Shown: positions 52,472 through 63,942 of the stretch, piece after piece
Layout: each line of letters begins with the position of its first letter
Numbering within the stretch: the stretch's first letter is position 1
The notes under the pieces: generated by a model
Told to the model about the DNA's origin: nothing
Databases searched by the model: none
The model's input: the letters and a program-made list of their open reading frames with translations, nothing else
Made by a program: the position numbers and the translations under genes
Source: an uncultured Poribacteria bacterium
GTDB taxonomy: Bacteria > Poribacteria > WGA-4E > WGA-3G
Assembly: GCA_951813565.1 (NCBI GenBank)
Contig: OX638351.1
Coordinates: 4,864,001-4,928,000 of the forward strand
Direction: 5' to 3'
Length of the DNA stretch: 64,000 nt

Positions 52472-54082
52472 TTAGTCATCTAACAGTCGTTTTAGAAATG
52501 TGGCGAGTTCTGTGAGTTCTTTTGCCCATTTTTCCCCGAAGATATCAACGAGTATTTTTGGGTTACCTTCTCTCATCTTGTCTAATATGTCTGAAAGTCT
52601 GCTCAAGTTCATTGTATTGCAGTTCGTTTCTTCATCTTTGATAATGCTTGCACTTTCAAAGATGCTTCCCGCCAAACCTGCTTGGAATTCTCCCCACCGC
52701 GGTCCCATAATTTTTTTCAAATGTCCGAGTTGTTTTGAATTGAATATGCCGCCACCTTTTTTTGTAAATTCTTGAAATAGGAGTACAGGGACATCTCTTT
52801 CTGACCATTCTATGATGCGTTTTGCTGCGGGAGTCTTTCTAATTTCAGGGGTTTCTTCCGTTCGCTTTACTTCATCAAGTAGGTCTTGATATCGTTGTAG
52901 GGTTTCAGGTTCAAGCAGTACGTCGAGGCTTGAACGAATTCTGTTAAGTTCGTTTTGTAAGCCTGTACTTGTGAGATCGACTGTTTCTGAATAGATTGCT
53001 CGTCTGATGAGGTTTTCAAAAATGCGGGGTAGTCGTTTACGCATTGCGCGATTGATGAGGTTTGCCAAAATGGAGGATAGTGGTCCTTTACGCATTGCGC
53101 GATTGATGAGGTTTGCTAAAATGGAGGGTTGTAGTTCCTTCCATAGTTTTGGACCTAATCCTTTTTTGACTACTCCTAATTCTTCGGTTTTTAGGAGTAT
53201 CAGGTGGTCTATTGCCATTTCAGGTCGGGTCATAAGATCTTTAAACCACCTTGTGTTCTGGAGTTCTATTTTTGCTTTATATGCTTCGTCCGTTTGTCTA
53301 AAGTGTTGTGCTTGTTCTGGCGTAATTTTTCCTTCTACAACAATTTTGTCTAAATTGTTGTAAAGGTCTTCTGATAGTGTGTCGAAAAATACTTTTTTTA
53401 GTTCGCGTGCATTGTCTGGTAACATTTTATTTTGCCGTATACTTAGATCTATATTCTTCATATAGTTTGGTCGTAACCGAACTATATCTCCGAAAGTGTA
53501 TCCTTTCCCTGTCTCTTTGATTGCCTGTTTTACTTTCTCTTCTGTTTCTGCCGTGAAACAGTTGCCAATGATGCGTTCAACAACTGCAAGGTTTGGGTCC
53601 GGTAGTAAGAATCTTGTGAGACCTTCTTTCTCCGTAAGTTCTTTTAGTTTTGCATTTGTGGCTGGGAGGATCGCTGCAACATTAAGGTCAAGCGTTGCTA
53701 CCTCTGTGTCCATAGTAGCAACAAGTGTTTTATTTTTTGCGTGACTGAATATGCCGAACATGCTTTGGACTTCGGATACTTCTTCTTCGATAACAAGACT
53801 GAAACTGAACATGTCTGCCTCGAATGATTCGCCAGTCACTTTTTCTATTTTTTCTTGAAGAGCGTCAAGTGCGGCAGTATCTTCTGCCTCCCATTCATCA
53901 ATAACATTATCAAGCAAAATTTTTGCTGTGCGGCTTGGTTGTGTGATGGATGTTCTATACACGTCATATTTTTCTTCGAGTCCTTCAAGAGTCTCCCATA
54001 CTGTTTCTTCTGCTTCTTCCAATTTCTGATTAATCATCTCCCGCACATAAGTTTTTTTGGATTTAATGATACGTGTAAACAT
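52472..54082 (-). CDS. Hypothetical helical protein with internal 17-aa repeats
   Basis: RBS GGAGG; long open frame; no recognised family. Confidence 0.7.
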   Translation of the reverse strand: MFTRIIKSKKTYVREMINQKLEEAEETVWETLEGLEEKYDVYRTSITQPSRTAKILLDNVIDEWEAEDTAALDALQEKIEKVTGESFEADMFSFSLVIEEEVSEVQSMFGIFSHAKNKTLVATMDTEVATLDLNVAAILPATNAKLKELTEKEGLTRFLLPDPNLAVVERIIGNCFTAETEEKVKQAIKETGKGYTFGDIVRLRPNYMKNIDLSIRQNKMLPDNARELKKVFFDTLSEDLYNNLDKIVVEGKITPEQAQHFRQTDEAYKAKIELQNTRWFKDLMTRPEMAIDHLILLKTEELGVVKKGLGPKLWKELQPSILANLINRAMRKGPLSSILANLINRAMRKRLPRIFENLIRRAIYSETVDLTSTGLQNELNRIRSSLDVLLEPETLQRYQDLLDEVKRTEETPEIRKTPAAKRIIEWSERDVPVLLFQEFTKKGGGIFNSKQLGHLKKIMGPRWGEFQAGLAGSIFESASIIKDEETNCNTMNLSRLSDILDKMREGNPKILVDIFGEKWAKELTELATFLKRLLDD

Positions 54083-54122
54083 AGTCAACCTCCTTTTGCG
54101 TGATTTTCATTTCCGTTGTCTC

Positions 54123-54150
54123 ATTTGATAGACGAACATGTTTGTCATAA
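54123..54150. repeat. 11-6-11 palindromic site, copy 1 of 3
   Basis: ATTTGATAGAC-GAACAT-GTTTGTCATAA; others at 54399-54426 and 54815-54842. Confidence 0.75.
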
Positions 54151-54158
54151 ACCGATTT

Positions 54159-54362
54159 TCAATCATCCCCCTTCAGTCCCTGAACAATCCAACGAATGGC
54201 GTAATACAATATCCAAAGAAATCCGAAAGGGATCAGACCGATAAAAACTGCAAGTTCCACCCCGACTGAATTGCCCAGCATTATCAGAATCAGAACACCT
54301 AAAAAGAGTGGTATAACAGAAACGACTATCGTGAGTCTGAAAAAGAACCTATCCCAATTCAT
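54159..54362 (-). CDS. Small two-TM hypothetical protein
   Basis: RBS GGAGG; two hydrophobic helices. Confidence 0.7.
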   Translation of the reverse strand: MNWDRFFFRLTIVVSVIPLFLGVLILIMLGNSVGVELAVFIGLIPFGFLWILYYAIRWIVQGLKGDD

Positions 54363-54442
54363 ATTGCCTCCTGCGGATTTTCTTCGTTTCATTGCCGTAT
54401 CTGATAAACAAACAGGTTGGTAATGATTGACTACATTTCCCT

Positions 54443-54782
54443 TTACCTCACAATATAGTATCTTCGTAAATATAGTTCTTTGCGATTATGTTTTATGCGT
54501 TTCCGCTTTTCTAAAGTCAATAGTGCCTCTTCCAATACTTGTGGGGATAACATTGTTTTATACCGTAAGTAATCGTATGATCGTTCAGTGCCGTCGTCTA
54601 AGACTTCTAATATTCGTTGTTCCGCTTTTTTTTTGTTCCTGATGGTGTGTATACCACTCTTTTCCACCAGAGACATCCCACAACCAATTACCGGCACTAA
54701 TTATAACTAACATTACAATTACAATTACAATACCACAACCTATAACATGTTCTTTTATGGTAAACTTCTGTTCCTGTCCCAT
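54443..54782 (-). pseudogene. TM plus winged-HTH-like protein frameshifted at an A9 tract
   Basis: ORFs 54585-54782 and 54443-54697 join (HQEQKK|AEQRILEVL) if the run at 54626-54634 is A8. Confidence 0.6.
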
Positions 54783-55148
54783 TCCTTTCGGTTATCCTTT
54801 ATTTTCGTTGTCGCATTTGGTAAACAAATAGGTTTGTCGTAAATCTGAATACGTCGCTTGATCGTCGCGAGGCAAGCGGTGCGCGGCTGTCTACTTCTGC
54901 TGTTTTTCCGTAACGCTTCTTTCAATATTCGAGGGTGTTAACCAATAATGATGCAAAAGTCCACAGTCCCTCTAAACTGTGATTAATCAAAACAATATTT
55001 TAATTAATCACATATTGGACATTAAGGTGTCAATGTTATTTGGACGATTTTGCCATACTTGGCTGCTCGGACAGGTTGATATACAACGAGTCGGTCTCTG
55101 GATAGTAGTTGAGTCTCATGGCTAAATACTCAAATTCACGCAGCCTTT

Positions 55149-56811
<1,663 letters not shown>

Positions 56812-56840
56812 TTTCTTTCTCCCACTAACTCATAATATTG

Positions 56841-57254
56841 TTAATATGCCTCGTCAATCCACTCGTTATCATGGTCGGGGTTATAGATCAACCCCTTCCT
56901 GATATCAACACAGAGGTCTAATTGTTCTAAAACCATGTGTCCGACAAGCACAGGTAAGCCCGCCGGCAAGTCAGTTATCGGTAGTGTGCCTTCTCGTTCC
57001 AATAATGTAAATCGGACTTCTGAATAGATGGTCCGATCCACGATGCCGTTTGACGTTCTCGCCTTTGCTTTGCTTAAGGGTGTTAAACCGAGTTGTTCAA
57101 TGATCGGTTGCGGTAAAGATAACCGCGTGGCACCGGTATCAACGAGGGCATCTTCAACAGTAACACGGCGAACCGCTTCGGGAGTGATAACACCTCTGTT
57201 TGATAAATTGAGGTCTGACAGATTTGCAAGTTCAATTCTTGTTGTGTGTCTCAT
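56841..57254 (-). CDS. Clan AA aspartic protease-like protein (copy 2)
   Basis: 443-bp tandem duplicate of copy 1. Confidence 0.88.
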   Translation of the reverse strand: MRHTTRIELANLSDLNLSNRGVITPEAVRRVTVEDALVDTGATRLSLPQPIIEQLGLTPLSKAKARTSNGIVDRTIYSEVRFTLLEREGTLPITDLPAGLPVLVGHMVLEQLDLCVDIRKGLIYNPDHDNEWIDEAY

Positions 57255-57388
57255 TTTCTTTCTCCTACATAACCGAATGGATCAAGTAATATTTCGGCTA
57301 ATGACGCTTCTTTTTTTATTTTTGTCTCTATTTAGGATACCACACAATACCTGTAAGGTCAAGCTTTTACAGACACTGCCACTTTAAC

Positions 57389-58534
57389 CTAATACTCGCG
57401 TTTATGCCAATCGTCTTCCCAGAGATTGAATGAACCCTCACGATACGGATGCGCCGCAATAAGGTCCTCATTGAGTTCCATACCGAGTCCTGGTCCGTTA
57501 GGTAAGCTAAAGTATCCATCTATCACTTCTGGGCATCCTGTTGATGCTTCTTTAACCCACGCTTCTGAGAAATCATTGAAATGCTCCTGAATTTTGAAGT
57601 TCGTGGTGCATGCAGCGAAGTGCAAAGCGGTTGCAGTAGAAACTGGTCCACCAACGTTATGCGGTGCGACCGTCATATAACACATATCTCCCATCGCAGC
57701 GATTTTTTTGGTTTCCAAAAATCCACCAGTCTGGGTAATATCAGGTTGAAGAATATCTGCGGCTTGTAAGTTAATCAACTCACGATACTCATATTTGTTA
57801 TGAAGTCGTTCTCCAGTAGCAACGGGTAGATTGATCTTTTCTGCTGCTTTTGCAAGTGCTGCAATGTTATCGGGTGGAACGGGTTCTTCAACCCAACTCG
57901 GTTGAAATTGCTCTAACTCTGCAGCAATTTCTATGGCAGTATACGGGCTAAACCGACCATGCATCTCAACAAGTATTTCGACATCCGGTCCCACAGCATC
58001 ACGCACCGCCTCAACGAGAGAAACAGATTTTAACTTCTCCTCATAAGAGAGTTCATAATAGCCAGCACCGAACGGATCAAACTTGAGCGCTTTATACCCT
58101 TTTTCAAGCACCTTTTTGGCAGCCTCGTGAAATTCTTCGGGTGTTCGTTCGACGCGATACCAACCGTTCGCGTAAGCCTTGATTTTATCACGGCAAGCAC
58201 CGCCAAGCAAACGATACACAGGCTGATTCAATGCTTTGCCGATAATATCCCAACATGCGATTTCAACAACGCTAATGCCTGTTGCAACGATTTCTCCTGC
58301 ACGACCATAGTCGTCCCGAAACATCCGCTGATAAAGGTCTTCTGTATTGAACGGATCGCTCCCGATAACGTGTCTGCGCTTGGCACCGTCAATATATGCC
58401 ACAAGCGCATCTGTGCGATTGTTCATCCGTACTTCACTGATACCTGTCAAACCTTCGTCAGTTTCAACTTTAACGAAGGTTAAATTTCGCCAACTGGTAC
58501 CCATCACAAGGGTTACTACATCTGTAATTTTCAT
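57389..58534 (-). CDS. Mandelate racemase/enolase-superfamily dehydratase (galactonate dehydratase-like)
   Basis: KALKFD, EMHGR, EEP, GER, APHN. Confidence 0.92.
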   Translation of the reverse strand: MKITDVVTLVMGTSWRNLTFVKVETDEGLTGISEVRMNNRTDALVAYIDGAKRRHVIGSDPFNTEDLYQRMFRDDYGRAGEIVATGISVVEIACWDIIGKALNQPVYRLLGGACRDKIKAYANGWYRVERTPEEFHEAAKKVLEKGYKALKFDPFGAGYYELSYEEKLKSVSLVEAVRDAVGPDVEILVEMHGRFSPYTAIEIAAELEQFQPSWVEEPVPPDNIAALAKAAEKINLPVATGERLHNKYEYRELINLQAADILQPDITQTGGFLETKKIAAMGDMCYMTVAPHNVGGPVSTATALHFAACTTNFKIQEHFNDFSEAWVKEASTGCPEVIDGYFSLPNGPGLGMELNEDLIAAHPYREGSFNLWEDDWHKREY

Positions 58535-58535
58535 T

Positions 58536-59897
58536 CTAACTTTTTGCTTCTCCTTCAGATACACGACGTTGTCCGCTTCCTTGTTGCGGTGCAGGTTCAA
58601 TTGTTGGTGCTTCTTCACCTGCTTCAACCATCCGCCGAATAAGTCGTTCACGCATTACCTCAGCCACATTTTCATGCGATCGAAGTCCGATAAGATTTCG
58701 TAACTCGTACGGGTCTGCATCAAGATCGTAGAGGTACTGCTCAATGTATGTGTCAGAACCAGCGTCTTTTCCACCACCTTTGTTAGGCGCATCAACCCCA
58801 TATTTCCATCGTTGCGTGCGCACAGCGCGACCCACTTGTGCCTCGCTAATTTGGACGAACACCTCTTCGGGCCAATCGTCTGTTTCACCGCGCAGCAGCG
58901 GCAGAACAGATCGCCCTTGCATCTCATCAGGGACTGCCAAACCTGCTGCATCCAATAGTGTCGGCGGTAGGTCTACAAGACTCACGAGCTCTTGAATTTG
59001 TCCGCCTCCGATAAAACCCGGTCCGTGGAATGCAGTCGGCACTCGGATTGAACTTTCGTGGCACGAACGTTTATATTCGCTATTGCGGGTTTTGAAATGA
59101 CACCCATGGTCAGAGGTAAACAGGATGATGGTATTATCAAGTAAATCAAGACTTTTGAGAGCATCCAATAGTCTACCGAGCGCTTCGTCAAGCCTTTTCA
59201 CCATGCCATAATAACCGCCTAAATGCTGGTGCGTTGACCCGCCCAGCGCGGCGAGATCAGGTGGAATCCACTTGCCTGTATACCTTTCCCTATATCCATC
59301 TGGCGGTGGGTAATCGTCCAGATGGTTTTGGTGATGCGGTTCAATGTATGAAGTAAATAGATAGAAAGGATCATTTTTATGTTGGTCAACGTAACTTATC
59401 ACCGCATCTGTTACAGCATCAACACGATAGCCGGGTAGGTCAACAGGTTGATTGTCGTTATCAAAAAGCCTTGTCTGATATGCATCAGAGGTCATTTCCA
59501 GCACATTAGACGCTAACCAATAGTCATATCCACCGCGGTTCTCAGGCGGAACAGGTCCAGTACTTCCTGAATGGAGGTGCCACTTACCGATGTATCCGGT
59601 AGCATAACCTGCATCACCGAAGTGATGTGCAAGTGTTTTGAGATTGGGTGATAAGGGGATACCGTTTCTGAAACATCCTGTGCGAGTTGCATATAGTCCT
59701 GTTTGTAGGCATGAACGTGCTGGTCCGCAGACAGGTTGGCACGTAAAAGAGCGGTGGACATGTGTGCCCCGCTGTGCCATCCGGTCGAAATTGGGCATCA
59801 AATCGAGCGGGTTGCCGTGCAAGCCTGAGGTGTCCCACCGCTGTTGGTCAGTAAAAAAGACAATGACGTTCGGTTGATTTGCGTCAGTTTGTGGCAT
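58536..59897 (-). CDS. Sulfatase (formylglycine type)
   Basis: CGPAR, GKWH, TSDHG. Confidence 0.95.
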   Translation of the reverse strand: MPQTDANQPNVIVFFTDQQRWDTSGLHGNPLDLMPNFDRMAQRGTHVHRSFTCQPVCGPARSCLQTGLYATRTGCFRNGIPLSPNLKTLAHHFGDAGYATGYIGKWHLHSGSTGPVPPENRGGYDYWLASNVLEMTSDAYQTRLFDNDNQPVDLPGYRVDAVTDAVISYVDQHKNDPFYLFTSYIEPHHQNHLDDYPPPDGYRERYTGKWIPPDLAALGGSTHQHLGGYYGMVKRLDEALGRLLDALKSLDLLDNTIILFTSDHGCHFKTRNSEYKRSCHESSIRVPTAFHGPGFIGGGQIQELVSLVDLPPTLLDAAGLAVPDEMQGRSVLPLLRGETDDWPEEVFVQISEAQVGRAVRTQRWKYGVDAPNKGGGKDAGSDTYIEQYLYDLDADPYELRNLIGLRSHENVAEVMRERLIRRMVEAGEEAPTIEPAPQQGSGQRRVSEGEAKS

Positions 59898-59978
59898 ATT
59901 TCTGTTTTTCCTCTCTATTCAGGTTTTGAATAATCCATTTTAATGAATTATTTGATTGGTGTCAAGTGGAAATGCATC

Positions 59979-60218
59979 CATAGGTGTCAATTTAGGAAAC
60001 AAATCCCATCAAAATTTGTAGGGCCAAATCAACGCCAAATGCGCTTTTTGGCATTTGGCGGGGTCTCTGTGCCCCGCCATATCTGATGTATCCAAACAAC
60101 GGACGGGCACAGAGAACCGCCCCTACGATGGAGCTGGGATGCACAAAAAAATATCGGGCTTAGAAAGCCCTCCCACAAGAGATAATCTGGCAATTATATT
60201 CTTAAATTGACAGTTATG
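59979..60218. mobile_element. MITE, CATAGGYGTCAATTT family, perfect 20-bp TSD
   Basis: GTGTCAAGTGGAAATGCATC at 59959-59978 and 60219-60238. Confidence 0.9.
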
Positions 60219-60338
60219 GTGTCAAGTGGAAATGCATCGATTGAGAGGCGTTTAGTTTTTTCAGTTTCCGTAGCGAATTCACCAAAAGACCGTGAAACCG
60301 AAATGTATCCTGTTATATGATTTTATTAGTGATAAACG

Positions 60339-61055
60339 TCACACTGGCTTCAACTTCCTAATACCGTTTTCGTAGCGGACCTGATAAGGTACATCTGGCA
60401 CATCCAGTGCACGGATAGCCAACTCGCCGAACGTGATAAGCGGTTCGGAAAGCAGAAGCAGCGCATCAAGCGATTCAGATGGTGCCTTATCGGTTGTATC
60501 CAGCACGATTTTACGTCCTTTTTGGGTAAATAGGGACTTATCAATCTCTTCATCAAAAAGACGTTTAAGTCTCGGAATATCCTCAGCCTTAATAATCTGG
60601 TATTCGTGTGGATCATCTTTCATCCGCGCCTTTATCGCATCATCGCTTGCGGTGACGTGAATCAAAACCACGTCCGGCAACCTTGCCTCCATAACTTGTG
60701 TCTCATAGCCTCGCTGTGCGCGGTAGTGGTAATTCTGATAATATGAACTTTCTGGATCGCCACCATAAACCGTCGTATAGACTGCTTCTTCTATGTGCCA
60801 TCCTGCAATAAGTGTATTCGGGTAGTTCTTTATCACTTCAACGTGATATTGGATCTGCATCCGTTGCATTCGTTCTTTCACGTCATCCGGGAAGTCTACG
60901 TATGCTGCCCTTGATTCTGCGCTCAATGTAGAATCCGGAATAGTAAAATGATCATCAACGTGCACGGCTAATTTTCTGTGCCGATAGTATTCAGTTAAAA
61001 GATTTATCAAAGTTGATTTTCCTGCATATTCAATGCCGACAAAAACACATCGCAT
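60339..61055 (-). CDS. P-loop nucleotide-kinase-like protein
   Basis: GIEYAGKST Walker A; PDVVLIHVTAS. Confidence 0.75.
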   Translation of the reverse strand: MRCVFVGIEYAGKSTLINLLTEYYRHRKLAVHVDDHFTIPDSTLSAESRAAYVDFPDDVKERMQRMQIQYHVEVIKNYPNTLIAGWHIEEAVYTTVYGGDPESSYYQNYHYRAQRGYETQVMEARLPDVVLIHVTASDDAIKARMKDDPHEYQIIKAEDIPRLKRLFDEEIDKSLFTQKGRKIVLDTTDKAPSESLDALLLLSEPLITFGELAIRALDVPDVPYQVRYENGIRKLKPV

Positions 61056-61179
61056 TAAATTACCTCGCTGTTGAATGAGAAATAAAATTTTGTAGTCTTA
61101 CCTTTAGATTTATCACGAAATCGGAATAATGTCAAGAATTTGGATAGGTTATAAAGCCGACTCCTCTACCTTGATTTCC

Positions 61180-61208
61180 TTGACAACGACACTATTGCAA
61201 GATATAAT
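61180..61208 (+). promoter_or_regulatory. Consensus sigma70 promoter
   Basis: TTGACA-17-TATAAT. Confidence 0.72.
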
Positions 61209-61248
61209 AAACCTTAATCTAAACAATTTTAGCATTAGGAAGCCACCT

Positions 61249-61800
61249 ATGGAACAGATTCAGACTGTTAAAATTCATGATTTGGAGTATGAAACAACTT
61301 ATACCGCTCATATCCAAAGGAACGGGGATGGTTGGATGGGATAGATACAAGAACATCCCAAAGTAAAGTGCGAAGATACCACAAAAGAAGCACTTCTGAA
61401 AACTCTGGAACAAACGCTTTATGAAACGTTGGAGGCTGACTGGGAAGCCTGGGATAAGCAGTTGGAAGAAAACATCAAAGCTGGAAAACTTGATAAATTG
61501 GCCGAAAAGGCTCTTGAGGACTTGCGTGCAGGAAAGTGTACCGACTCTATAGAACTAATCAAACGTTTTGGAAATGCTTTCGTAATCTTTCACAACAACT
61601 TCAACAACGTGCAAACAAGAGTTTTGTAATCTTGAAGCAAGACTCAAAGCATCCTTCTTTGGATTTTAAGAAGGTTGGAAAGATCTTTGGTCTGTGAGAA
61701 TCAGTAGAGATTACCGCACCTTAGCACGTGAAGAAAATGGAACATTAGTCTGGTTTTGGATCGGAAAGCATGATGAATACATCCGAAGAATAAGACATCA
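61249..61800 (+). pseudogene. Decayed toxin-antitoxin pair (HicB-like antitoxin, ParE/RelE-like toxin)
   Basis: Antitoxin has an in-frame TAG at 61342-61344; toxin text FWKCF...HPSLDFKKVG / WSVRISRDYR...WFWIGKHDEY is split by a frameshift near 61685. Confidence 0.72.
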
Positions 61801-61834
61801 GGACAACCAAAAATTATCTCTCAAAATTATACTT

Positions 61835-62860
61835 ATGCTAACAATTGGCAATCTCAATATTCCAGATTTTCCGCTTCTGCTGGCACCGATGGAAGATGTC
61901 AGCGATCCACCTTTTCGCGCTGTTTGCAAAGAAAATGGCGCGGATCTCATGTATACCGAATTCATCTCCTCCGAAGCGCTTATTCGTGATGCTGCACAAA
62001 GTGTTGCCAAGTTAGACATCTTTGAAGCGGAAAAACCGATCGGTATCCAAATTTTTGGACACAATATTGAGGTGATGCGCGAATCCGTTGAAATTACTGA
62101 ACGTGTCCAACCGAACATCATTGACATAAACTACGGATGTCCAGTAAAAAAAGTCACTTGTAAAGGCGCAGGCGCAGGAATTTTGCAGGACATTCCGAAG
62201 ATGGTCAAAATGACTGCTGAAATGGTGAAAGCCACAGAATTACCTGTTACCGTCAAAACACGGTTGGGTTGGGACGATAACACAAAATATATTGTTGAGG
62301 TAGCAGAACGTCTGCAAGATGTCGGTATCCGTGCTATTGCCATTCACGGCAGAACGCGGCGTCAGATGTATAAAGGAGAGGCAGACTGGACGCTCATCGG
62401 AAAAATCAAAGATAATCCACGCATGAATATCCCCGTTTTCGGCAATGGCGATGTGGATAGTCCTCAGAAAGCCTCACAGATGCTGCAACAATATGGCGTA
62501 GACGGTATCATGATCGGTCGTGCTGCGATTGGCTATCCGTGGATTTTTAATGAGATTAAACACTATTTCGCAACAGGCAAATTACTTCCGCCGCCCTCAA
62601 TAGACGAGCGCATTGCCGTTTTTAGAAAACATCTGGATTTTTCTATTGAGTGGAAAGGTTTGAAACTTGGATTATTAGAGATGCGACGACACTATACAAA
62701 CTATTTTAAAAGCATTCCGCACGTCAAACCTTTCCGTTACCGTTTGGTCACCTGTGATAGTTACGATGGCGTTTTAGGAATCGTGGAAGAACTCCGCAAG
62801 CATGCTTACCAATACACAGAGCGGACAGACCAATTTGCGTATAGCCCTTCACCCAATTGA
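61835..62860 (+). CDS. dusB: tRNA-dihydrouridine synthase DusB
   Basis: LAPME, DINYGCP, HGRT, GNGD, MIGR. Confidence 0.93.
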   Translation: MLTIGNLNIPDFPLLLAPMEDVSDPPFRAVCKENGADLMYTEFISSEALIRDAAQSVAKLDIFEAEKPIGIQIFGHNIEVMRESVEITERVQPNIIDINYGCPVKKVTCKGAGAGILQDIPKMVKMTAEMVKATELPVTVKTRLGWDDNTKYIVEVAERLQDVGIRAIAIHGRTRRQMYKGEADWTLIGKIKDNPRMNIPVFGNGDVDSPQKASQMLQQYGVDGIMIGRAAIGYPWIFNEIKHYFATGKLLPPPSIDERIAVFRKHLDFSIEWKGLKLGLLEMRRHYTNYFKSIPHVKPFRYRLVTCDSYDGVLGIVEELRKHAYQYTERTDQFAYSPSPN

Positions 62861-63061
62861 ACAGAACCATTCAGTTTTCGTGTTTTTCTCAATATTTTGA
62901 TACGGTCGCTACCTGGAGGTCGCTCCTACAAAAGAAATCGGGGTTACAAACCCCTCCCACAAGAGCACTTCGCGACAATTGAATGGCTATGTCAATTGAA
63001 AACTTGACGTAAAAGCAGAATAATTTTATCATAGAATAAAAGACATGAATAAGGACAGGAT

Positions 63062-63895
63062 ATGAACAAAATACCCTTTATGAAACTCAGTGGTGCGGGT
63101 AACGACTTCGTTATCATCAATAATTTAAGCAAAATCGTTGATAGCACAGATTCAGAATTCATGAATTTCGTTACAAAGGTATGCCAACGTCGTATGTCAG
63201 TTGGTGCTGATGGCGTGCTACTCGTTGAACCGACAGAAAATGTTGATTTTCGGATGCGTTACTTCAATGCCGATGGTGGCGAGGTTGAAACTTGTGGAAA
63301 CGGCGCGAGGTGTATCTCTAAATTCGCTTACCTGAAAGGTATCGTTTCAGAACAGATGCGGTTTCTAACAAATGCTGGTATTTATGAAGCCGAAGTAGTC
63401 GGTGATAACGTTAAAGTACGAATGAGCGACCCGACAGATATTCGGATTAATGTCCCACTTCGGCTTGAAGACGGTATCCATAATGTAGGTTTTACGAATA
63501 GTGGTGTGCCGCATGTCGTGTTCTTTGTAGATGATTTGGTAGCAACCGATGTTTTTGATCTCGGACAACAAACGCGTTATCATAACGATTTTAAGCCTGC
63601 TGGCACAAATGCGAATTTTATCCGTATCCACTCACAGGAACTAATTGAAATTCGGACTTACGAACGAGGCGTTGAAAATGAGACGCTTGCATGTGGCACG
63701 GGGTCTATTGCTTCTGCAATTGTTTCTGCAACTTTAGGCAAGGTTAAATCGCCTGTCTCCGTCAAAACAGCAAGTGGTGTTGTCTTAAAGATTCATTTTG
63801 ATTTGGAAAATGACGAAGCAAAAAACGTCTATCTTGAAGGCGATGCGCGCGTTATATTTGCAGGCGAACTCACATCGGAAGCATGGGATTATTAG
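63062..63895 (+). CDS. dapF: Diaminopimelate epimerase
   Basis: GAGNDF, CGNGARC, ERGVENETLACGTG. Confidence 0.97.
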   Translation: MNKIPFMKLSGAGNDFVIINNLSKIVDSTDSEFMNFVTKVCQRRMSVGADGVLLVEPTENVDFRMRYFNADGGEVETCGNGARCISKFAYLKGIVSEQMRFLTNAGIYEAEVVGDNVKVRMSDPTDIRINVPLRLEDGIHNVGFTNSGVPHVVFFVDDLVATDVFDLGQQTRYHNDFKPAGTNANFIRIHSQELIEIRTYERGVENETLACGTGSIASAIVSATLGKVKSPVSVKTASGVVLKIHFDLENDEAKNVYLEGDARVIFAGELTSEAWDY

Positions 63896-63942
63896 AAGTA
63901 GTAGGCACGCCAATGTGCTGTAGTTAACAAAGGAGGATTTAA

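Noticed and set aside
54100..54850. Classical integron attC array
   Set aside because: No long RYYYAAC...GTTRRRY imperfect palindromes and no intI; kept only as a dif-like/operator hypothesis.
61694..61834. N-terminal extension of DusB
   Set aside because: It is the C-terminal half of the broken toxin; DusB homology starts at 61835.
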